NCBI GenBank assembly: GCA_016219425.1
Contig: JACRNB010000008.1
Location: forward strand, 39,248-103,247
Direction of reading: 5' to 3'
Source: Betaproteobacteria bacterium
GTDB taxonomy: Bacteria; Pseudomonadota; Gammaproteobacteria; Burkholderiales; Thiobacillaceae
DNA: 64,000 nt
The translations under genes were made by a program, and so were the position numbers. Below are positions 1 through 8,552 of the stretch, one piece after another (position 1 is the stretch's first letter; the number at the start of each line of letters is the position of its first letter). The notes beneath the pieces were generated by a model, which was not told the origin of the DNA, did no database searches, and saw only the letters and a program-made list of their open reading frames with translations.

Positions 1-1
1 C

Positions 2-766
2 ATCATGGACACCGACCTGCGCCGCCGCCGCATCCGCAGCAAGGTGCCGATGACCTTCGTCACCGCCGAACCCTATGTGGGCCACCTGGGCCTGGGCGGG
101 GTGGGCGACTCCAAGGGCCTGCTGGAATCCGCCATGCGCCATCGCCATGTGAAGTGGATCTGCAACGCCAAGGTCACCAAGGTGGAAGAGGGCAAGATGT
201 ACGTCGCCGAACACCACGACGACGGCACGGTGAAGAAGGAGCACGTCCTGCCCTTCAAGTACTCGATGATGCTGCCCGCGTTCAAGGGCATCGACGCGGT
301 GTTCGGCATCGAAGGCCTGACCAACCCGCGCGGCTTCATCGCCATCGACGAATTCCAGCGCAACCCCAAGTACAACACCATCTACGGCGTCGGCGTCTGC
401 GTCGCGATTCCCCCGGTGGAGGCCACCCCGGTGCCCACCGGCGCGCCCAAGACCGGCTACATGATCGAGACCATGGTGCGCGCCACCGCCCACAACATCC
501 GCGCCGTGCTGGACGGCAAACAGCCCGACCAGAAGGCCACCTGGAACGCCATCTGTCTGGCCGACTTCGGCGACACCGGCGCCGCCTTCGTCGCCCTGCC
601 CCAGATCCCGCCGCGCAACGTGAACTGGTTCAAGGAAGGCAAGTGGGTGCATCTGGCCAAGATCGCGTTCGAGAAATACTTCCTGCGCAAGATGAGGAAG
701 GGCACGACTGAACCCCTGTACGAGAAATATGTGTTGGGCGTACTGGGGATCAAAAAGCTGAAGTAA
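2..766 (+). CDS. sqr: Sulfide:quinone oxidoreductase, C-terminal ~253 aa (5' end outside window)
   Basis: Frame is open from the window edge. The translation (GFIAIDEFQRNPKYNTIYGVGVCVAIPP..TGYMIE..ICLADFGDTGAAFVA) matches flavoprotein SQR C-terminal regions. soxXA lies nearby. Confidence 0.85.
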   Translation: MMDTDLRRRRIRSKVPMTFVTAEPYVGHLGLGGVGDSKGLLESAMRHRHVKWICNAKVTKVEEGKMYVAEHHDDGTVKKEHVLPFKYSMMLPAFKGIDAVFGIEGLTNPRGFIAIDEFQRNPKYNTIYGVGVCVAIPPVEATPVPTGAPKTGYMIETMVRATAHNIRAVLDGKQPDQKATWNAICLADFGDTGAAFVALPQIPPRNVNWFKEGKWVHLAKIAFEKYFLRKMRKGTTEPLYEKYVLGVLGIKKLK

Positions 767-785
767 GCCGCCACCCATCCTGGTT

Positions 786-1010
786 TTTCCCCCCTTGATA
801 AAGGGGGGCAGGGGGGATTTCTGAGCCGGTCCGCCTGGCTGCCGTCGTCAAATCCCCCTCCTTCCCCCTTTTGCAAAGGGGGAGGCCACTCGTGCAAGCG
901 CCAGCGTAAGTTCCAGGCCGGCGATCCCCCAGCGGTTCCCCCCTTTGGAAAAGGGGGGCAGGGGGGATTTCCGCGACATACGCACAGGCCACCGCCGCCA
1001 AATCCCCCCC
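786..1010. repeat. REP-like composite repeat, family A (CCCCCTTT-N3-AAAGGGGG hairpins), reverse orientation relative to copies at 12.5 and 28.5 kb
   Basis: Three hairpins (ccccccttgataaagggggg, cccccttttgcaaaggggg, cccccctttggaaaagggggg). The spacers are the reverse complement of the 135-bp unit seen at 28517-28950. Confidence 0.8.
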
Positions 1011-1054
1011 GGACGCGGATAATTCGCGCCTTCCATTCCCCGGAATCCGCGCCC

Positions 1055-2587
1055 TTGACCGTGCTGCCGCGCCTGCTGCTCCTGTTCGCCCTCCTCCTGC
1101 CTTTCCTCGGCCTGGGCGGCTTTCCCCTGTTTGACCTGGATGAAGGCGCATTCACCGCCTCCACCACCGAGATGTTCCTGCGCCAGGACTTCCTCTCCAC
1201 CTGGCTGCACGGCGCGCCGCGCACCGACAAGCCGGTGCTGTCCTACTGGCTCCAGGCCGGTTCCGCCCGCCTGTTCGGGTTTGACGAGTTCGGTTTCCGC
1301 CTGCCCTCGGCCCTCGCCGCCAGCGCCTGGATCGGGCTCACCTACCTGTTCACCGCGCGCGTCGCCAGCCGCGAGGCCGCCACCCTGGCGGCGGTGATCC
1401 TGGCTACCGCGCTGGGGCCGCTCATCATCACCAAGGCCGCCACCGCCGACGCCCTGCTCAACCTGTTCCTCGCCGCCGCCGGCTACGCCGCCTGGCTCTG
1501 GCTCGATACCGGTGCGGCGCGCTGGCGTGCGCTGGCGTGGGGGGCGATGGGCCTGGGCTTTCTCACCAAAGGGCCGGTGGCGGTGCTGATCCCTGCCGCC
1601 GCCGTATTCCTGTACTGCGCCAGCGGACGCGACTGGACGCGACTGCGCGGCTTCTTCCTCGCGCCGCGCGCCTGGGCGCTGTTCCTGCTCATCGCCCTGC
1701 CCTGGTTCGTCATCCTCTACCAGCAGCAGGGGCCGGCCTTCCTGCTGGGCTTCTTCCTCAAGCACAACCTGGGACGCTTTTCCGCGCCCATGGAAGGCCA
1801 CGGCGGCTCGCCCCTGTATTACCTGCCGGTGCTGCTGCTCTCGTTGCTGCCCTTCACCGGCCTGTTGTTCAGCCTGGGCGCGCGCGCCCGCACCGCCTGG
1901 GCCACGCCCTGGCTGCGCTTCGGGCTGATCTGGTTCGGCTTCGTGTTCCTGCTGTTCTCCGCCTCCGGCACCAAGCTGCCGCACTATTTGTATTACGGCT
2001 ACGCCGGGCTGATCCCCGCCCTGGCCTGGGCCTGCGGACAGGCGCGCATGCGCGCCGTGGCCCTGGGCGCGCTGCCGCTGTTCCTGCTGCTCCTGTTCCT
2101 GCCCGACCTGCTGCTGGCCCAGGCCGGGGCGGTGGGGATGCACTATCGCGCCGCCCTGGCCGAGACGGCGCAGCACTTCGGTCCCGGCTACCGCGCCTTC
2201 TTCGCCTTCGCCGCCCTGGCGGCGCTGGCCAGCCTGCTGACGGGACGCTTCTCCGTATCCGCCCGCACCGCCGCGCTGGGCCTCCTGGGCGGGCTGGGCG
2301 TCGCCCTGCTGCTGCTGCCCGCCGTGGGTAACTTGCTGCAAGGCCCCACCAAGGCCGCCGGGCTGGCGGCGCGCGCCCTGCCCGGCCCGCTGGTGATGGA
2401 CGGCCTCAACCACCCCAGCTTCCAGACCTACGCCGGCAGGCTGGTGGAGCGCCGCGAACTGCGCCCCGGCGACCTGGTGCTGCTGCCCGCCGGCGGTCTC
2501 GACAAGATGCCGCCGCATGACGTCGTCGGCCTGTACCGCGACCTGGCCCTGGCACGGGTGAAGATGAGGATGAGGGAAACCCCATGA
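1055..2587 (+). CDS. Glycosyltransferase family 39 (ArnT/PMT-like) membrane protein
   Basis: TTG start. Polytopic membrane protein with N-terminal DLDEGAF..TDKPVLSYWLQA..FGFRLPSAL, typical of ArnT-like GT39 enzymes. Its stop overlaps the next start (ATGA at 2584). Confidence 0.75.
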   Translation: MTVLPRLLLLFALLLPFLGLGGFPLFDLDEGAFTASTTEMFLRQDFLSTWLHGAPRTDKPVLSYWLQAGSARLFGFDEFGFRLPSALAASAWIGLTYLFTARVASREAATLAAVILATALGPLIITKAATADALLNLFLAAAGYAAWLWLDTGAARWRALAWGAMGLGFLTKGPVAVLIPAAAVFLYCASGRDWTRLRGFFLAPRAWALFLLIALPWFVILYQQQGPAFLLGFFLKHNLGRFSAPMEGHGGSPLYYLPVLLLSLLPFTGLLFSLGARARTAWATPWLRFGLIWFGFVFLLFSASGTKLPHYLYYGYAGLIPALAWACGQARMRAVALGALPLFLLLLFLPDLLLAQAGAVGMHYRAALAETAQHFGPGYRAFFAFAALAALASLLTGRFSVSARTAALGLLGGLGVALLLLPAVGNLLQGPTKAAGLAARALPGPLVMDGLNHPSFQTYAGRLVERRELRPGDLVLLPAGGLDKMPPHDVVGLYRDLALARVKMRMRETP

Positions 2588-5001
2588 CCCCCCTGCTGGA
2601 CGCGCCGCGCCCCCTTTCCCCCGCCCTGGTCTGGGGCCTGCCGCTGGCGATGCTGGCGGGCATGGCCCTGGTGCTGGTGCAGGGCGGCAACGCGCACTGG
2701 TTCCTGGTCTTCAATCAGCCGCGCCTGCCGGATGGCGTCTGGGCCGCGTTCACCACCCTGGGGGACAGCCTCACCGCCTTCTGCATCCTCCTGGCCCTGG
2801 CGCGTCGCCGCCCGGACATGGTGGCGGCGGGCCTGATCGCCGCCGTGTTCGCCACCCTGCTGACCCAGTTGCCCAAACATGTGCTCGATGTGGCGCGTCC
2901 GGTCATGGCGCTGGGGGATGCGGTGCATGTGATCGGGCCGACGCTGAGGCACGGCTCCTTTCCCTCCGGCCACACCACCACGGCCTTTGTCATGCTGGCC
3001 CTGGCGGCAGCCTTCCTGCGCAATCGCGCCGGCCTGCTGTGGCTGTTCCCCCTGGCGGCGCTGGCGGGGGTCTCGCGCATCGCCGTGGGCGCGCACTGGC
3101 CCCTGGATGTGCTGGCGGGGGCGGCGCTGGGCTGGGTGTGCGGCATGACCGGGGTGTGGATCGCCCACGGCATCGGCCTGCGCCGTCTGAACGCCTGGGC
3201 GCAGGGCTTCCTGCTGCTGGCCGCCGTGTACTACCTGACCGGCTACGACAGCCGCCAGCCCCTCACCGACGGTCTGGAGAAGGGCATCGCCCTGGCCGCC
3301 CTGCTGACCTATCTGTGGACGTATTGGCTGCCGCCGGGCCGCTTCCGGCTGCGCCTGGGGACGCCTTCCTTCCCTTGCGCCGCCCTCCCAAGAAACTCGC
3401 CGGGCCGCCCCAAGAGTTTCTTGCCCCTTGAGGGGAGAACCGAGCGAAGCGAAGGTTTTCGGGGTGGGCTCATCCTGCTCAGCGTTTGCGCCACCCTGGC
3501 GCTCTGGCGTCTGTGGGCGCGCCAGCATGCGGGCGTGGAGCTGTTCTTCGACGAGGCCTATTACTGGGGTTGGTCGCGCCATCTCGACTGGGGCTATTAC
3601 TCCAAGCCGCCCATGGTGGCGTGGGTGATCCGCCTGGGCACGGAGCTGTTCGGCCCCAGCGAAACCGGCATTCGCGCCGGCGCGGCGCTGCTCTACCCCC
3701 TCACCGCCGGGCTCATCTTCCTGTTCACGCGCCGACTGTTTGCGCACGAGCCCGAGGCCGACGCCATCGCCCTGGCGGCGGGTCTGGCCTTCATCACCCT
3801 GCCGGTGGTGAGCTTCGGCAGCTGGTTCATGACCACGGACGCGCCGCTGATGTTCTTCGGCGCCCTCGCGATCTGGGCCTACCTGCGCGCCGCCGAGACC
3901 AACCGCTGGCGCGACTGGCTGCTGCTGGGCGCAGCCCTGGGCCTGGGCGCACTGAGCAAATACACCATGGTGTTTTTCGCCTTGGGCATCGGCCTGCACT
4001 CCCTGTTCCAGGCGGATCGCAGGCGTCGGCTCGCAAGTCGTTCGCCGAGCCGCTCCAAGAACGAGTTGGCCCCCGCGGGGGGCGGCTCGGACGGTTTTTC
4101 CGAGCCGGGGGCGCAACTGACCAATCCTCGCCTGTGGGCGGCGGGGCTGCTGGCCCTGGCCCTCCTCGCCCCCAACCTGATCTGGAACGCCCAGCACCAG
4201 TTCGCCAGCTTCAAGCACACGGCGGAGATCTCCCATCTGGACCGGGCGGGGCTGCGTCCGGCGGAACTGGCCTCCTTTGTCGCCGCCCAGTTCGGCCTGA
4301 TGGGGCCGGTGCTGATGACCGGCCTGGCGCTGCTCCTGCTGCGCCGCGCCACCTGGCGCGATGAACGGCTGGTGTTGCTGGCCTGTTTCAGCCTGCCCGC
4401 CCTGCTCGCGTTCTGCGGTCTGGCCCTGACCAGCCGCGCCTTCGCCAACTGGGCGGCCTTCGCCTATGTCGCCGCCACGCCGCTGGTGGCGGCGGCTTGG
4501 TGGCGATCAGGACGGCGCGGCTGGCTCACGCTCGCCCTGGCGACCAATCTGGCCCTGGGCGCCGGGCTGTACCACTGGCACGACATCGCCCGCGCCCTGG
4601 ACCAGACCCTGGTGCGCAAGACCGACCCCTACCATCGCGTACATGGCTGGAGCGCCCTGGGCCGAGAGGTGGCGGAGGAGCTGGCGGCCCATCCCGACGC
4701 CCGGCTGGCGGGCGAGGCGCGGGATCTGCTGGCCCAGGCGTCCTTCTACGGCGGCCCGCGCGCAGCGGACCCGCTGATCCATAACCCCGAAGACCGCATC
4801 CGCAACCACTTTGACCTGACGGCGAGCCTGCGCAGCCAGCCGCACGGGGAGTTCCTCTTCATCACCTACAGCGAAACCGTGCCGCTGAAGCTGTTCCGCG
4901 AAGGCGAACGGGTACGCATCGTGAGCACCCCGCTGCTGCCGGACCTGACCCGCGTGATCTATCTCTGGCGGGTGCGCGACTACGTCTGGACCGCGCCGTG
5001 A
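2584..5001 (+). CDS. Fusion ORF: N-terminal PAP2 phosphatase domain + C-terminal GT39 (ArnT-like) glycosyltransferase domain
   Basis: PAP2 motifs (PSGHTTTAF, SRIAVGAHWPLDVLAG) lie in aa ~100-200. The GT39 signature (FFDEAYYWGWSRHLDWGYYSKPPMVAW) begins about aa 310. No stop or canonical start lies between them. The junction is a REP-like element at 3386-3468. Confidence 0.7.
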   Translation: MTPLLDAPRPLSPALVWGLPLAMLAGMALVLVQGGNAHWFLVFNQPRLPDGVWAAFTTLGDSLTAFCILLALARRRPDMVAAGLIAAVFATLLTQLPKHVLDVARPVMALGDAVHVIGPTLRHGSFPSGHTTTAFVMLALAAAFLRNRAGLLWLFPLAALAGVSRIAVGAHWPLDVLAGAALGWVCGMTGVWIAHGIGLRRLNAWAQGFLLLAAVYYLTGYDSRQPLTDGLEKGIALAALLTYLWTYWLPPGRFRLRLGTPSFPCAALPRNSPGRPKSFLPLEGRTERSEGFRGGLILLSVCATLALWRLWARQHAGVELFFDEAYYWGWSRHLDWGYYSKPPMVAWVIRLGTELFGPSETGIRAGAALLYPLTAGLIFLFTRRLFAHEPEADAIALAAGLAFITLPVVSFGSWFMTTDAPLMFFGALAIWAYLRAAETNRWRDWLLLGAALGLGALSKYTMVFFALGIGLHSLFQADRRRRLASRSPSRSKNELAPAGGGSDGFSEPGAQLTNPRLWAAGLLALALLAPNLIWNAQHQFASFKHTAEISHLDRAGLRPAELASFVAAQFGLMGPVLMTGLALLLLRRATWRDERLVLLACFSLPALLAFCGLALTSRAFANWAAFAYVAATPLVAAAWWRSGRRGWLTLALATNLALGAGLYHWHDIARALDQTLVRKTDPYHRVHGWSALGREVAEELAAHPDARLAGEARDLLAQASFYGGPRAADPLIHNPEDRIRNHFDLTASLRSQPHGEFLFITYSETVPLKLFREGERVRIVSTPLLPDLTRVIYLWRVRDYVWTAP
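3386..3468. repeat. REP-like element, family B (diverged copy), in frame at the PAP2/GT39 junction
   Basis: Hairpin caagaaactc-gccgggccgccccaa-gagtttcttg has the same loop as the family B copies at 4028 and 22652. Confidence 0.6.
4028..4116. repeat. REP-like element, family B, in frame inside the GT39 domain
   Basis: Near-identical to intergenic 22652-22738 (caag..gttcgcc(g/c)(g/a)gccgc(c/t)ccaagaacga(c/g)ttg..c(a/g)cggggggcggctcgg(g/a)cggtttt(t)cccgagccgggggcgc). Confidence 0.75.
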
Positions 5002-5651
5002 AGTGCCTTGCCTTCTGGGCCTTTCCGCCCCTGGCGCTGCTGTTTCTGTTGTTTCCGGAGATCGATCTGGCGGTGGCCGCCCGGTTCTGGTCGCCGGAGG
5101 GCGGGTTCAGCGGCTCCGGTTCCCCGCTCCTGGCCTTCGTGCGCAAGCCCTTGCTGGACTGGGCGGTCGGGCTGGCGCTTCTGGCCAGCGTCGGCGGCTG
5201 GGCCTGGAGTCATCTGTGCGGCGCCCCGGTCCCCCTGGTGCGTCATCGCCGCCGTCTGGCCTTCCTTGCCCTGGTCCTTCTCATCGGCCCGGGGCTGGTG
5301 GTGAACACCCTGTTCAAGGACCAGTGGGGCCGCGCCCGCCCGCATCAGGTGCAGGAGTTCGGCGGCGCACGCGATTTCACCCCCGCCTGGGTGATGAGCG
5401 ACCAATGCCAACGCAACTGTTCCTTCGTCTGCGGCGACGCCTCCGTAGGCTTTGCCCTGCTCGCCTTCGGCTATTTCGGTCGCCATCGCCGCGCCTGGAT
5501 CGGAGCCGGCCTCGCCGCCGGTTCCCTGCTGGGCCTGATGCGCATCGCCCAGGGCGGCCACTTCCTCAGCGACGTGGTGTTTTCCGGCTACGCGGTGGCC
5601 CTTGTCATCGGGCTCCTGGCGCGCTGGCTCAAACCGGATCAACCCGGATAA
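4998..5651 (+). CDS. PAP2 family phosphatase (membrane)
   Basis: GTG start overlaps the upstream stop (GTGA). Motifs KDQWGRARP, SFVCGDAS and RIAQGGHFLSDVV are the three PAP2 signature blocks. Confidence 0.8.
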   Translation: MKCLAFWAFPPLALLFLLFPEIDLAVAARFWSPEGGFSGSGSPLLAFVRKPLLDWAVGLALLASVGGWAWSHLCGAPVPLVRHRRRLAFLALVLLIGPGLVVNTLFKDQWGRARPHQVQEFGGARDFTPAWVMSDQCQRNCSFVCGDASVGFALLAFGYFGRHRRAWIGAGLAAGSLLGLMRIAQGGHFLSDVVFSGYAVALVIGLLARWLKPDQPG

Positions 5652-5778
5652 GGCCGGCGCACCCGGTACAAAAATCCGGTGTACTGGGCCATTCGGCTGG
5701 TATGTATTGGTGAATGGCAGAGCAATCCTCAGCCGCTATGATTCGGCGTCGCACTCACTACTACAGGAGACGTGAAAC

Positions 5779-6135
5779 ATGCTTCAGCGCAAATCCCATT
5801 TGGCCGCCCTGCTCGCCTTGCTGGTCGCAAGCGTCAGCGGCTGCGCCACAGCCCCCCAGGCCGAGACCAAGGCCGCCGCTCCCGCCGCTCCCGCCAAACC
5901 TGCCGTCCCCGCCTTGAGCGAAGCCGCCGTCAAGGCGCTGGCTCAGGCCGAGGCCGATGTGAAGATGGCCAAGGCCAAGTTCGCCCTCTGGACCACCGCC
6001 CAGAACGCCCTCAAGGCCGCTCAGGAAGCCGCCAAGGCCGGCGACAGCGCCAAAGTGCTCAAGGAGGCTGCGTTCGCTTCCGATCAGGTCAAAGGCGGCC
6101 TGGAGCAACTGAACTACCCGTCCACCGAAATCTGA
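5779..6135 (+). CDS. Ala-rich lipoprotein, unknown function
   Basis: Signal peptide with lipobox LVASVSG-C. Same strand as soxX, which starts 35 nt downstream. Confidence 0.55.
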   Translation: MLQRKSHLAALLALLVASVSGCATAPQAETKAAAPAAPAKPAVPALSEAAVKALAQAEADVKMAKAKFALWTTAQNALKAAQEAAKAGDSAKVLKEAAFASDQVKGGLEQLNYPSTEI

Positions 6136-6169
6136 GCGACCCGTTCGCCTTCAAAAAAGGAGAAATACG

Positions 6170-6517
6170 ATGCAGATCAAGCATTTGGCGGGCGCATTCA
6201 TCCTCGCCTCCAGCATCCTGACCCCCGCCTTCGCCGCCGAACCGGCCAAAGGCCCCACCGGCAAGGAACTCGCTTTCGCCCAGGCCAAGGGCAACTGTCT
6301 GGCCTGCCACGCCATCGCCGGCGGCGAACAGCCCGGCACCCTGGGCCCGGCCCTGAACGACATGAAGGCGCGTTACCCGGACAAGAACCTGCTGACCGCC
6401 CGCATCGCGGACGAGACGGCGTTCAACCCCTACACCCCCATGCCTCCCTTCCTCAAGCACGGCACGCTGACCCAGGAAGAACTGACCAAGGTGGTGGATT
6501 TCATCCACGGCCTGTAA
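6170..6517 (+). CDS. soxX: SoxX, monoheme c-type cytochrome subunit of SoxAX
   Basis: Signal peptide, a single CLACH heme motif, and small size (115 aa). Sits immediately upstream of soxA. RBS aaaggag precedes the ATG. Confidence 0.85.
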   Translation: MQIKHLAGAFILASSILTPAFAAEPAKGPTGKELAFAQAKGNCLACHAIAGGEQPGTLGPALNDMKARYPDKNLLTARIADETAFNPYTPMPPFLKHGTLTQEELTKVVDFIHGL

Positions 6518-6529
6518 CCGGACGACGCA

Positions 6530-7375
6530 TTGGAGATGAATGTGAACAAGATCGTTACCGCCCTCGCCCTCCTCGGCAGCCTGCTGGCCGCCGTGACCCC
6601 TGCCCAGGCCAACCCGGAGCAGGATCGCCAGAACATGATCAAGACCTTCAAGGACAAGTTTCCCGACCTGAAGACCGAGGACTACGTCTATGGCGCCCTG
6701 GCGCTCAACAAAGACGCTCTTGGCCAGTACAAGAGCATCATGGAATTCCCGCCCTACACCACCGAACTGGATAAGGCGGAGAAGCTCTGGAACACCCCGA
6801 TGAAGAGCGGCAAGACCTACGCCGACTGCCTGCCCAACGGCGGCAAGATGATCGCCGGCAACTACCCCCAGTTCGACAACGCCAAAGGCAAGGTGGTAAC
6901 GCTGGAGATGGTGGTCAACGACTGCCGCACGGCCAACGGCGAGGAGGCCTGGAAGTACGGCGACGACAAGACCATGGGCCTGCTCACCGCCCACCTGCGC
7001 ACCCTGTCCGATGGCATGAAGGTCAACATCAAGGTGGAAGGCGAGGCGGCCTTGAAGGCCTACGAGGATGGCAAGAAGACCTGGTACACCCGCAAGGGCC
7101 AGCTCAACTTCTCCTGCGCCAACTGCCATGTGCTGGGCGCTGGCGAGCGGGTTCGCTCCGAGATCCTCTCGCCCATGATCGGTCAGGCCACCCACTGGCC
7201 CGTATTCCGCGGCGGCTCCAATCTGGTCACCCTGCAAACCCGCTACAAGGGTTGCCACGGCTCGGTGCGTCATGTGGGCGACGAACCGGGCAGCGAGCGT
7301 TACAACAACCTGGAGTACTTCCACACCTACATAAGTAACGGTCTGCCCATGCAGGCCTCGGTGTTCCGCAAGTAA
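6530..7375 (+). CDS. soxA: SoxA, L-cysteine S-thiosulfotransferase subunit (monoheme type)
   Basis: Signal peptide, one CANCH heme motif and the conserved YKGCHG cysteine-ligand region. SoxA-like throughout. Confidence 0.9.
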   Translation: MEMNVNKIVTALALLGSLLAAVTPAQANPEQDRQNMIKTFKDKFPDLKTEDYVYGALALNKDALGQYKSIMEFPPYTTELDKAEKLWNTPMKSGKTYADCLPNGGKMIAGNYPQFDNAKGKVVTLEMVVNDCRTANGEEAWKYGDDKTMGLLTAHLRTLSDGMKVNIKVEGEAALKAYEDGKKTWYTRKGQLNFSCANCHVLGAGERVRSEILSPMIGQATHWPVFRGGSNLVTLQTRYKGCHGSVRHVGDEPGSERYNNLEYFHTYISNGLPMQASVFRK

Positions 7376-7394
7376 ACCAGCGCGACCCCGAACG

Positions 7395-7422
7395 AAAAAA
7401 CCCGCCAGACGGCGGGTTTTTT
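7395..7422. terminator. Bidirectional rho-independent terminator
   Basis: aaaaaa-cccgcc-agac-ggcggg-tttttt lies between convergent soxA and the ORF at 7422-7784. Confidence 0.75.
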
Positions 7423-7784
7423 CATGGCGTCGGCATCCCCAGCTCGACCCATTCACAGTTCTGTTCCGCCGGGGTGCGCAGCGGCTCCACCCCCTCCGCC
7501 ACCACGGTGGTCACGCCGCGGTAGCGCCGCAGATAGCGCGCCACCTCCCCGGCCAGATCGCCCTGGGTGCTGGTGAGCCGGTAATCCACGCCGCTGTGCT
7601 CCAACTTCAGCAACAGGACCGCAAGCAGACTGGCCGGCGCGCGCGGCGGGTTGACCAGCAGGATGTCGAGCCGGGAAGAGAGATGCACGCAATGCCGCAG
7701 CGCCGCCTCCAGCAACTCCCGCGACAGGGCGCAGCCATCCAGGGCGAGCAGAACCCGACGGGCGGAAAAGGCGGCGGCAGACAT
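7422..7784 (-). CDS. Hypothetical protein (possibly USP/adenine-nucleotide-alpha-hydrolase-like)
   Basis: 120-aa ORF with ATG start. It is convergent on the terminator. No diagnostic motif was recognised. Confidence 0.4.
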   Translation of the reverse strand: MSAAAFSARRVLLALDGCALSRELLEAALRHCVHLSSRLDILLVNPPRAPASLLAVLLLKLEHSGVDYRLTSTQGDLAGEVARYLRRYRGVTTVVAEGVEPLRTPAEQNCEWVELGMPTP

Positions 7785-7906
7785 CGTGGTGTGGCTTCCG
7801 GACGACGAGCAGGGAGCGCGATTCTAGGTCCGACCAATGCTGAAACGGGCATGTATTAGCGCCTGCTTATAATCGGGCGGACTCCAACCTCCCGCCGGAC
7901 GCCGCC

Positions 7907-8551
7907 ATGATCGACTACTCCGCCTCCACCGCCGTCAATCTGGCGCTCACCGTGCTGATCCTGTTCTCTCTCGTCACCTGGGCCATGATCTTCGCCAAGG
8001 GCTGGTTGCAGGTCCGGCAGAACCGGGAAAACGCGTCCTTCAGCGCCGCCTTCTGGCACGCCGCAGACCTGGCGGCGGCGGAAGAAATGGCCCGCAAGGC
8101 CCCCGGCGCCCTGGCCCGGCTTGCGATCCAGGGCTTCAACACCCGTCACCAGTTGGGCAAACAGAAGACCCTGCAAACCATGGGCGACCGCCAGGCGGTG
8201 ATGGAGCGCAGCCTGTATCAGGCCGTGCGTCAGGAACAGCACCGGCTCGAATCCGGCCTGATGATCCTGGCCAGCATCGGCAGCACCGCCCCCTTCATCG
8301 GCCTGTTCGGCACCGTGTGGGGAATCATGAACGCCATGGAAGGCATCGCCGCAAACGCCTCCGCCGGCCTGGAAGTGGTGGCCGGCCCGGTGGGCGAGGC
8401 GCTGCTCTCCACCGCCATCGGCATCGCCGCCGCCATCCCCGCCGTGCTCGCCTACAACTACGGCGTGCGCGTGACGCGCCTGGCGGTGGCGGAGATGGAA
8501 CGCTTTGCCGACGACTTCATGCGTCTGGTCTGCAATCTCCAGGAGCAGTGA
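7907..8551 (+). CDS. exbB: MotA/TolQ/ExbB proton-channel protein
   Basis: Three TM segments and the conserved LASIGSTAPFIGLFGTVWGIM..GPVGEAL block. Followed by exbD and tonB. Confidence 0.85.
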   Translation: MIDYSASTAVNLALTVLILFSLVTWAMIFAKGWLQVRQNRENASFSAAFWHAADLAAAEEMARKAPGALARLAIQGFNTRHQLGKQKTLQTMGDRQAVMERSLYQAVRQEQHRLESGLMILASIGSTAPFIGLFGTVWGIMNAMEGIAANASAGLEVVAGPVGEALLSTAIGIAAAIPAVLAYNYGVRVTRLAVAEMERFADDFMRLVCNLQEQ

Positions 8552-8552
8552 C

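Noticed and set aside
848-4236. Very long ORFs on the minus strand (848-2518, 2428-4236) and several alternative-frame ORFs overlapping the GT39/PAP2 genes
   Set aside because: Their translations are Arg/Gly/Ala/Pro/Gln-rich low-complexity strings with no motifs. They mirror plus-strand genes that have clear family signatures. This is the usual stop-codon-poor antisense artefact of high-GC DNA.
5779-6135. Calling the lipoprotein upstream of soxX a SoxK subunit
   Set aside because: Known soxK genes follow soxA rather than precede soxX, and I recognise no SoxK-specific sequence. It is kept as an unknown lipoprotein and raised only as a question.
7868-7873. TATAAT hexamer upstream of exbB as a promoter, and a possible Fur box
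   Set aside because: No acceptable -35 lies at 16-18 bp spacing, and nothing resembles the GATAATGATAATCATTATC Fur consensus. The evidence is insufficient for a feature call.
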